Origin: Vitrella brassicaformis CCMP3155
Taxonomy: Eukaryota > Protista > Chromerida
DNA: 14,821 nucleotides
Assembly (NCBI GenBank): GCA_001179505.1
Contig: CDMY01000864.1
Location: forward strand, 1-14,821
Direction of reading: 5' to 3'
Shown: one piece after another, positions 1 to 8,900 of the stretch
Layout of the letters: the number at the start of each line of letters is the position of its first letter
How positions within the stretch are numbered: the first letter of the stretch is position 1
Program-made: the position numbers and the translations under genes
Notes under the pieces: model-generated
What the model was told of the DNA's origin: nothing
Database searches by the model: none
The model's input: only the letters and a program-made list of their open reading frames with translations

Positions 1-346
1 ACTAACCGACAGACCTGCGCACACACAGGCCTGTTTTGTGTATCTGCCATCTGTTTGGACGTCAGGGCGATAGTATATTCTGTCCGAGACCGTCAGCGCC
101 CCCGTATACCCACCAGTGCCGGAATCGTAACGCGACGCTGCCGAACGACCGATAGCGGGCGTACTCTGACGAATCCGTGACCGACAGACACACTCACCGC
201 CACCGACAGACGCGCCGACTACCGATGAGACCGACGCACCGACCACCGATAGACACACCACCGCCAGTACCGAGACGACGCACACCGAGCTGATCGCCTC
301 TTCACGTGCAACCGTCTGTGTCCGTTCTGGTTTTTGTGTTCTTCAG

Positions 347-1199
347 TGAGTGAGCGGCTGAGGCGTTTTTTCGACAGCCACAACAGGAAGGGACTCCCGC
401 GAGACTTCGCGCACGACTGGCTCAACTCGCTCGACGTGCCCCGCGACAGCACCGATTGGGCCGTCGGTGACGCCGTCTGCAACCTCCGCGAGAGGAACTG
501 CAAGGCCAAGCACGCGCTCGACGCGCTCTTCGACTACCTCGGAGAGCCCGCCAACTCCGATCTGCGCAGCGACGTCGAGCACTGGTATTATCAAGGCGAG
601 AGATTCTCGTGCGACATCGGGCGTGACATCGAGAGGAAGTACGGCGTGCCGCGGGAGAGGAACACCTTCAAGCCGGTGGGTGGGTTTGAGCCGGTGAGAC
701 GCCGACCCCAATACGACCGTTTCGAGCCGTACGGATCCCGCAGCAGCACCCCTGCCGTCGCAACCTCGTCCAACTCGTCGGTGTCGCTGACGTCCAACCC
801 GGCCACCCAGCAGCAGCAGCAGTACCAGCAGGCGCCCGTGCAGCAGCCGCCCCAGGAGTTCGTGCAGCAGCAGCCCCAGGAACAGCAGCAGTACCAGGAG
901 CCGCCCCAGGAGCAGCAGCAGGCCGTGCAGGGCGTGGTGCAGCAGCCGCCCCTTACACCACCCCCACCACCAACACCAACGCCAACGCCTACACCTACCC
1001 CAACCAAACAGGCTACCCGGACCACAACACTATCCCACTCCCGAGCCACAACACCACCCCACCCCACACTGACACCATCGTCTACACCAGACCGGCCCGC
1101 ACTGTAGAGGAGTATAATGCCGCCAGCGAAGCCGCCCCGCCCGGCCAGTACTTCGTGGGTGTCTTCGTCAACGACAGAGCTACGTACGCCCTCAAGTAG
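347..1199 (+). CDS. Probable terminal exon of an unknown gene (globular N-part, Q/P-rich middle, T/N/Y-rich tail); 1-nt deletion at about 949-952
   Basis: Pyrimidine tract plus CAG acceptor ends at 346 (gtttttgtgttcttcag). Frame 1 has C/G-ending codon bias to about 951. The bias then switches to frame 3 (tac acc acc ccc acc acc aac...), which reads YTTPTTNTNANAY...YFVGVFVNDRATYALK to TAG 1197-1199. No family recognised. Confidence 0.6.
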
Positions 1200-1333
1200 A
1201 GGCCGAAGGGTGACGAAAGGAATTGGGAAGGGTGGGAAGGACGTGTTTAACCAGTCAGGCAAGGGCACGTGGGTCGTGTAATTCGTTCTGGTGAGTGGAC
1301 GTGCCACTCGGTTGTAGTGGCAGTGTTGTATCG

Positions 1334-1420
1334 CTGAGTGAGTGACCGACTGATCATTGGCCGATTGACCGACTGAGTGAGTGACCGACTGACCATTGGC
1401 CGATTGACTGATTGACCGAC
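1334..1420. repeat. Non-coding 39-nt tandem duplication upstream of gag
   Basis: ctgagtgagtgaccgactga(t/c)cattggccgattgac occurs at 1334 and 1373. Confidence 0.9.
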
Positions 1421-1793
1421 TCGTGCGAGTGAGCAAGTGCGTGTGAGCGACCGAGCGACCGGGCGTTGTGAGTGAGGCGAGGCTATTTTGTGCTTCGTGT
1501 GGTCGGAAGGGATCGTGTAGTGGGTACTCGCAGTGTTTATACGTCGAGCAGAAAACGGCGCTTATTTGTGCGCCTGTGCCGACTGCCTCTCCTTATCTCT
1601 CTACTCGCATTGAATGGATATTTGTGTATTCGCATCAGTGGCTAGTCTCGATCGATAGTTCGACCGGAGTACTTATCTGTGTTGGGATTGGGTGAGTGAA
1701 GGAAAATGGGATGGAAACGTAGCGTGTGTGAGACAGTGACAGACCCGAGCCGTACATTCGTGAAAGCAGCTGAGTATCGTGTTTGATTCCGTC

Positions 1794-4700
1794 ATGGATC
1801 CGTCACGACATACACTCCAACGCAATCATACACGAGGCAGTCACCATTACTACACACGCTCGCGCCAGCCGCAAGAACCATCAGCGACTGGCCCGCCACT
1901 TTCCACCGTTCAGTCGCCCACGCCCATCCCGCCCCCGACCCCCGCCCAGCATCAGACGGTCGATGCTGCTGCCGCGAGTTCTCCTGCCGATTTCGCCGCN
2001 NNNNNNNNNNNNNNNNNNNNNNNNNNNNNNNNNNNNNNNNNNNNNNNNNNNNNNNNNNNNNNNNNNNNNNNNNNNNNNNNNNNNNNNNNNNNNNNNNNNN
2101 NNNNNNNNNNNNNNNNNNNNNNNNNNNNNNNNNNNNNNNNNNNNNNNNNNNNNNNNNNNNNNNNNNNNNNNNNNNNNNNNNNNNNNNNNNNNNNNNNNNN
2201 NNNNNNNNNNNNNNNNNNNNNNNNNNNNNNNNNNNNNNNNNNNNNNNNNNNNNNNNNNNNNNNNNNNNNNNNNNNNNNNNNNNNNNNNNNNNNNNNNNNG
2301 CCGCCAGTCACACCACCCATGCCGAGCCGGCACCCGTCCATGGGAGCGCCTCCGCTTGGGCCGTTGCATTCGATCCCCGAGGACAGTCAGCTCGACAGCC
2401 ACATCGATGTTCCCCTCCCCCCGCCCGTCCCCTCCCCCCTACTCGAACCCGTCCCCTCACCCCGCCCCCCGCCCCCTGCCCGTTCGTTTCCCGCAATCGT
2501 TCCCTCCCCCATTCCACCCGTCAGTGCAGGGCCGCAGGCAGATACGAACACCGCCACGCAGCCCTTGCCGACGAGCCGTTGTTGGCAGCCGAGCAGTCGT
2601 GTCCCCCATAGCGCCGTCTCGCTCCAGGACGACCGCTCGGACGTGCGGAGCAGTCCGTCGTTGCACTCAGAACCAGCCCGTCTAGAGCCATATCAGTATC
2701 AGCAGCCATATCAGTATCAGCAGGCAGACACGAACACCGCCCAGCAGCCATTGCCGACGAGCCATTGTTGGCAGCCGAGCAGTCGTGTCCCTCATAGCGC
2801 CGTCTCGCTCCGAGACGACTCGGACGTGCGGAGCAGCCCGTCGCTGCACTCAGAGCCAGCCCGTCTAGACCCATATCACGACCGTGTCGACATCGAGAGA
2901 ATGCAGCACCACTCCCGAGCCGTGTATATCCCGGACACCGACTCGCAGCAGGTCACTGATGGTAGCCGTCACCCAGAGCTGCGTCGTGACATGTACGGCA
3001 ATGTCATTCCCATTGGCTACGACGACTCGTATGCTGAGACGGTGCGCCGCCTCTTCCCGACTGGCCGTGATGTGTATGGCCGAGACATCAGCACGTATCC
3101 GGACTATTGGCTGCTGTTCTCGCCGCGGGCCCTGAGAGATCCTCAGAGTGCGACGGACATGGTGCTGAGGGCCGAGGAGCAGCTCGCAACTAGATCGCCA
3201 ATCATCTGGCGAGCCAATCAGATGTACAGAGCGTTGGAAAGCCGCTGGGTTGATGTCGATGCCCAGGGCCTTTTGACCCGCCTAGTGTTGCCGCCCCCAC
3301 CGCCGCCCTTTTCTTCTGAGCATGGGGGGGGCGTGCAGGCCGCACAAGAGCCACAAGAGCGAGGATACCACCAGACCGAATCACACCATCATGGCCATCA
3401 GGGCCACCAGACCGAATCACCCCATCATGGCTACCAGACCGAACCGCCCCACCACCAGTATAGTACGCCGACCCAGGCACAACAGCCGCCGAACACCGTT
3501 CAGCCTGGCACACCTGCATCGCTGCACACATCCGCATACCAATGCACTGAGACTGCCTCAGTGGGTGCCGCCTCTCAGGTCTTCGAGGGACCTGTACCTG
3601 TCTGCATCAACCAGCCAGGCAGAGAAGCCGTCTACAATGCCCCCAACACCGATGCAGGTCGAGTAGTAGGCCCGCAGGGCAGCATGGTGCCGACGCAGGG
3701 AGCAGGCCAGACACCACCGCAGGCAGGAGTGATGCCGACGCCGCAATACCACCAGCCGACACGGCCAATGCCGAGCCAGACGAGACCACTGCCGAATCAG
3801 CAAGTGCCGTGTCCACCCGCGCAGTCACTGCCGAATCAGCGAGTGCCGTGCCCACCCGCCCAGTCGATGCCTGGCCCGAACAGCCAACCGCAAGGATGGC
3901 CAGGGCAGCCGCCACCACCACCACTAGATAGTCGCCAACCTCACCGCATCCCGTTCTCAACGAATCGAGCCGCCCCGACCGTACAAGCTGAGAATTATAC
4001 TGGCGGCTATAGCCGCCACTCAGCGGACCAGCAGACACCGACCTTCGGTTTCTCTGATTTCGGCACGCGGACCGCGGCTGGTGGGGGAGGTGACCCGTAT
4101 GGCAATGGTGACGATGGCAATCGAAACAACCGACACAATGGTGGGCACCGCAATGATGGGCATTGGGCTGGGAATGGAGGGCCGCAAGGGATGCCGCAAG
4201 GGATGCCGCAGGGCACACCGAACAGCCAGCCGCCTCCCTATAGTCAGCCGAGCCATCCGCCACCCCCTTATCAGCAGCATGACATGCGCGGCCACCAGCC
4301 GCCCCCATACTATCAGCAGAGCATGCCGAGTAACCATCCGCCTCCGTGTCCGCCCCACCATCAACCATACCAGCCGCCATGCTCGCAACCGACTTACTCG
4401 TGCCCCCAAGGCTTCCAGTCAGCCACGATAGCCGCACAGACCGATAGACCGCACCCAGCTTCATCGAATCCGCCACCTCCCTCGGCCGAAGTACCCCAGT
4501 CAGCCGCCGCCCCATTCGGTGCAGGTCCGCCCGTGTTCTCCTTCGCCAGACAGGGTGGAGGAGGTGGACCGAGTGGCCCACCAGGAGGGCCCGATGGGCC
4601 TGGAGGGCCCGGGAGCCGGATGACGACCCGCCAAACCGACGGGAAGGTGGGTATGGCCGACCCAATCGCCCGCCCAGACGCCGACACAACCGAGACGAGG

Positions 4701-5932
4701 ATGACTTCGGAGACGACTCTAATGGGCCGGGTGACGGACCGCCGAACCGACGGGGAGGTGGGCATGACCGACGCAATCGCCCTCCCAGACGCCGACGTTA
4801 TCGAGATGGCGACGACTTCGATGATTTTAGCGATGACGAGCGAGAGGAGCGTCAGGTTCTCCGTCGAGTGAGGATATCCATGTTCAGTGGTGACGATGGC
4901 GAGACGGGCAAAAGCTGGATGCGCCTCTTTGAGCCGTGGCTGGGCTCCGTGAAAGTTAGTGAGCAGTTCCGCCCGACCGTCTTCCGTGGCTACCTGAAGC
5001 GAGGCAGCACAGCACACCGATGGTGGTCTTCTCTGAGTGACGCTGACCAGGAGGACTGGCCTACCATCAGCAGGAAGTTCGTTGAGCGCTTCAAGCCGCA
5101 AGGGGCCGAGGAGCTCACGTTGATCCGGACCGCCTCGAAGTGCGAGATGCGCACGAACGAACCAGGAGCCGAGTACCTGAAGCGCTTCAACCGAACGATG
5201 AGTCAGCTCAGTGGCCTGAGTGACCGGGAGAAGTTGAATGCTCTCACGACCGGCCTTACCGGCGAATGTCACAGAGCGGTCTCGACCTACATAGAAACAG
5301 CCAGGACCGCCTTGAGCAGACCACCGACGTACGAGGAGGTCGAGCGCTTCGTCAGAGGCATGGCTTCCGACGGGTCGACGCTGCCGACAAATCACAACCC
5401 ACCAAGAGAGAGACGTCGGCCAAGACGCCGCCGCGATCGCGACACGCGCTCACATTCCGACTCGGACGACTTTCTCGCCGCCTTAGCCGACGACGGTGAG
5501 GAGGACATGTGGTCCGGCGAGGAGGACACCGAGCCGTACGCTGACGGAGAGGCCGACGATGAGCATGACGAGGATCCGAGCAGAGAGCTGGAGGTGCTCG
5601 ATGGGCTCCTGAGTGCGTTGACTGGCCGACAGGACCGCAACCGATCGGGTCTTGCTCAGCGGATGCTGACTGAGTTGTGCCGCAACCCCACAATGGAGAA
5701 GCAGCTCTTGTCCCTCCCGTGCGGCCTCTGCAACGAGCCGCATCACTGCATGGCCCGATGCTTCAGGCTCCGCAGAATCCTCAACGCCACTTGTGGCCCG
5801 CCCCTCAACCGCAATAACAACAGACCCAACAACCGACCCAACGGGGACCGCCCTGCACAGAACGACAACCGCAAGAGAGACGACGGCAACCGTGAGCAGC
5901 AGGGAAACGACCCACCCACACGCCCCACATGA
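1794..5932 (+). CDS. gag: Gag polyprotein, about 1380 aa if the N gap size is right; frame 3 to about 4613, then frame 2 to TGA 5930-5932
   Basis: First ATG is at 1794 (ccgtcATGG, MDPSRH...YYTRSR). Frame 2 is open from before 4613 into the listed 4868 ORF (EPDDDPPNRR...ERQVLRRVRISMFSG). Capsid-like motifs and a CCHC knuckle lie in the C-terminal part. Frame continuity across the N gap is unverified. Confidence 0.85.
2000..2299. other. Assembly gap (300 N)
   Basis: Run of n bases from 2000 to 2299. Confidence 1.
2535..2876 (+). repeat. In-frame internal duplication in gag (53 aa and 52 aa; copies 2535-2693 and 2721-2876)
   Basis: QADTNTATQPLPTSRCWQPSSRVPHSAVSLQDDRSDVRSSPSLHSEPARLEPY versus QADTNTAQQPLPTSHCWQPSSRVPHSAVSLRDDSDVRSSPSLHSEPARLDPY, separated by QYQQPYQYQ. 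Confidence 0.97.
3369..3459 (+). repeat. Short coding tandem repeat (HQTES/HHHG-type, 3 degenerate units)
   Basis: accagaccgaa occurs three times. Protein reads HQTESHHHGHQGHQTESPHHGYQTEPPHHQ. Confidence 0.85.
3789..3866 (+). repeat. 39-nt coding tandem repeat x2 (LPNQ[Q/R]VPCPPAQS)
   Basis: ctgccgaatcagcaagtgccgtgtccacccgcgcagtca versus ctgccgaatcagcgagtgccgtgcccacccgcccagtcg. Confidence 0.9.
4628..4819 (+). repeat. In-frame duplication in gag (81-nt copies, 111-nt period; 4628-4708 and 4739-4819)
   Basis: Frame 2 reads PPNRREGGYGRPNRPPRRRHNRDEDDF versus PPNRRGGGHDRRNRPPRRRRYRDGDDF. Confidence 0.92.
4868..5360 (+). other. Ty3/retrotransposon Gag capsid-like domain
   Basis: FSGDDGETGKSWMRLFEPW...YLKRGSTAHRWWSSL...WPTISRKFVERF...EPGAEYLKRF matches the retrotransposon-gag pattern F.G...W...FE...A..WW..L...W..L...F..RF...E....Y..RF (recognised by eye). 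Confidence 0.85.
5720..5761 (+). other. CCHC zinc knuckle (nucleocapsid)
   Basis: CGLCNEPHHCMARC has exact C-X2-C-X4-H-X4-C spacing. It is followed by an N/R-rich tail. Confidence 0.85.
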
Positions 5933-5974
5933 GGGGTAGCGCGTGTGGGCCCCGCAGCGAACCGATGCCCCTCA
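5902..5974 (+). promoter_or_regulatory. -1 programmed ribosomal frameshift signal (slippery heptamer plus H-type pseudoknot)
   Basis: G GGA AAC at 5902-5908 is in phase with gag codons (CAG GGA AAC). Spacer GACCCA is 6 nt. Stem 1 is CCCACACGC 5915-5923 with GCGTGTGGG 5941-5949. Stem 2 is TGAGGGGTA 5930-5938 with TGCCCCTCA 5966-5974. The -1 frame is open into the pol ORF. Confidence 0.88.
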
Positions 5975-8900
5975 CCCCAGTCAGATATACATATTTCCAC
6001 CGACCGTACCTCCGATCCGCCCCTGTCGCTGCCTGTGAAGCCGACGCTTCGGATGCCTGCGAAGCCTCGTCGAATGGGTATGATTTGGACGGGTTTGAGT
6101 CCATAATGGGAGAGAATGGCAGCGAGTGTGGGGAACCTGAGAGAGATGACACGCCACCCATAGAATGGATAGAATCATGCCGCCAGGAGGAGGGGGATGA
6201 CTCGCCCCATTCCCTTCGCCCTTCACTTGTCCGTACCGATGTGCCGTCACGTGCCGAGGAGGCCCGCCAGCATGTTGCCGCCCTCACCCGCCGAGGAGAG
6301 AACAATCCCTTCACCGTGTTGTATCAGGATCCGCCCCCACTGAGACGACGCCGACGACCCGCCACACGCCGACCGAGAGTGCGCAGAGCCGCCATCAAGC
6401 AGGCCGCCAAGGAGGCTGCCTGGTTGTTCCAGGACTTGCCTCGGTCGATCGTCTGTGGATTCATGACCCCTGCACACAAGGAGGAGACAGATAAGGTCGC
6501 GAGTTTGGTGTCGTTTGTGGAGTGTGTTTCCGATGCTGATGACGTGTCTACCTGTTCGTCATCGGGCGAAGGTTTTGTCTCGGATGGGTCGGGGGATACC
6601 GATGGATTGCTGCCAGTTGAGTTTTCCCTCGGTGCTGACGACATGCATGTGCACGCCTTGACCGCCCGTGTAGATCATCCCGCCATCCGCAAGGAGCGTA
6701 GTAGCTGGACCCGCCCGCCCCCCTTCCCTCCGCCTAGCAAGGGTCACCAGCCAGTCGAGGAGAGCGAAGTGATGATGGACGTAGCCGCTTTGTTTGATGT
6801 GTCATCCGCAATCCATTTATCATCTGACATACAGAGCACAGCCAGGTCTGTCTCGCGTGATTCGTCTTCCTCTTCCTGCTCGAGCTTATCTTCGTGGGAT
6901 GCACGCGAGACCGCCAAGTCGTGCCCTCTCATGCAGAGGTACATTGCTTCTCTCAAGGATGCTCTGAAGGAGGAAGAGAGAAAGATGTGCAGCCGACTGA
7001 GACAAGAGGGCCTCACTGATGCGCAGCTAGGTACCGTCCTAGACGTAGAGAGGCATCCCGTCCCCGTCTTAGTCGACACCGGCTGCTCTCCCTCTCTCGT
7101 CAGTCTCGATTTCTTCCGTCAGTTAGCATCCGATCCCTCCATGCGAGAAAGCCTCCGTGCCCGTTTCCAGTCGTGGGATGGTGTCATCGTGCCTGAAGGA
7201 AAGAAGGCCACACCATTGCACGTCGAGGGAGTCGTTCGCCTGAGGATAGGCAACACACGCAAGGAAGCCCTATGGCCTTTCCGTATTGTACGTGGCCTCA
7301 ACCGACCTGTTATCGTAGGTATGGACATGTTGGGCTTCGCCACCGCATTCAGTATGAAGAAGCGACGCCTTCGTGTGCCTGGCCTTCCCCTCATTCACTT
7401 GATGCCGTACCCAGAGGCTTCATCTCGCTGTGGTGCATTGACGTCCGTCTCTGCACAAGTCATTGCCAGTGACAATTCTTCGTCAACCGAGGATGCATTT
7501 GATGTGCTTCTCGCAATCTGCACCAACCGATACGGTGCACGCAGAGCCCTCTTCTGCGTGTGTCGCCTCACCTGTGTCCGAATCCACCGAATCGTCTGCG
7601 TCAGGACAGCAGTGTGTGGATCTGGGTGACATCCATGGCCGCACCGATCCCCTCTTCTGCGCACAGCTGGATGCTGTAGAAGGGTACGAGGAACCGACCG
7701 ATGAGTGCGTGAATGCATTCTTCACCCACCACCCGACCTACCGGTATCAGCTGATGTGTAGCCGAACTGTCCGCCTAGTCGGAACACGCAGATGGATAAC
7801 CGACCTGACACTGAGGCCACCACACCGAAAGAAAGATCGACCATTTCCCGATTCCTTGCCCTCAGGGACCGCTGGATGGTTCCAGCCCCACTTCACTGAC
7901 TTGCCGCTGGTGTCTGCTTCCGTTGCCGTTTGCTCGGTCAACGCCGACGGCACCGTCACGATGAAGATGGAGAGTGTCCTGCCCGACGAAGGCGCGATCA
8001 CCATCCGTGCTGGCCGTCACTTGGGCTACTTCACGCCCCTCACACCAAGTGAGCACATCATGGTCATTCGCCAGCTGGAGGTGCAGCGCCTCAGGGAGTG
8101 CGAAGCCGGCCCCGCCCCTGTTGCTGCGGCAGACGCCGTGCCTGTCGTCACTCCCGCCGACCAGTCAGTCGAACCGATCGAACCGTCCACACCGTCATTT
8201 CTCGCCCCTGCTGATGCTGTTGAGGTCACACTCACAGCCTCCGAGAACGATGAGCGTACTCGCCTCACGGCCGAGGACATGTTGCGTGACCTGAACAACA
8301 TGCGCCCAGAACCATCACTGTCACGCCCCTACACACCCACGTTCTCGCGCCCGTTCTCACTTTCGTCTCGCCCGAGTGGCCGACTCACCGATGCCAAGTT
8401 CCGTCGACTTTGTCAGCGAGAGCGAGAAGAGCAGATGCTTGATGCCGTGCATTCCCAAGTCTTCCGTTCAGCGTCATCCGGCCCTATTGTTCCCGACGAA
8501 GGGCAGAAACACTATGCTCGTCAAGTCGCTGCTCGCTCGGACCGTCCGCCTCGTGTGCGCGAGCCTCCTCGTGTAAGGCCACCAAAGACCGACTCAGAAG
8601 CCCTTACTTCTGTCCCTCCCGCCCGCCCTGGTGCCGTTCTTCCAGACGGGGGCGTTTCTCTGAGCGATGGGGGGGGTGCAGCCGAGCACGATGATGCGGC
8701 TGCTGCCGAGAAGAAGAGAAAGGAGGCACACGAGAAGATCATGAGCCGCCTGTCGGTGCCCGTCAATGTGTATGAAGGACTGACCGATGAGCAGAAGAAA
8801 GAGTTGATAGACCTTCTCGTCCGATACGATGACGTCATGTCCAAACACGATGAGGACCTGGGAGAAGCGAAGGGCATCAAACACGACATAGACGTAGGTG

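Noticed and set aside
166-172. CTGACGA hammerhead ribozyme core (also on the minus strand at about 12663-12669)
   Set aside because: No correctly placed GAAA or flanking helices.
1-300. Recurrent accgacagac-like motifs as a CRISPR-like or structured array
   Set aside because: Spacing is irregular, units are short and degenerate, and the context is eukaryotic; best explained as simple-repeat-rich intronic or intergenic DNA.
1482-1496. gctattttgtgcttc resembling gctatttcgtgcttc at about 13051-13065 as an LTR remnant
   Set aside because: A 14/15 match that does not extend on either side; compatible with chance.
1636-1667. CA-g-TGGCTAGTCTCGATCG as an LTR end plus primer-binding site
   Set aside because: The geometry fits, but I cannot match it to a tRNA 3' end, the TTCGA spacing is off by several nt, and the sequence before the CA has no copy downstream of pol.
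4605-4614. GGGCCCG or CCCGGGA as slippery heptamers
   Set aside because: Both are out of phase with the upstream reading frame, and C/G at the YYY position is non-canonical.
3607-5395. Long antisense ORFs (389 aa at 3607-4776, 333 aa at 4394-5395)
   Set aside because: Shadow ORFs of GC-rich, repetitive gag coding sequence with no recognisable motifs.
7442-7629. Second programmed frameshift between protease and RT
   Set aside because: The required shift is +1, and no Ty1/Ty3-type +1 site (CUU AGG C, GCG AGU U) or in-phase -1 heptamer is present. A single-base indel explains it, though the exact site is unresolved.
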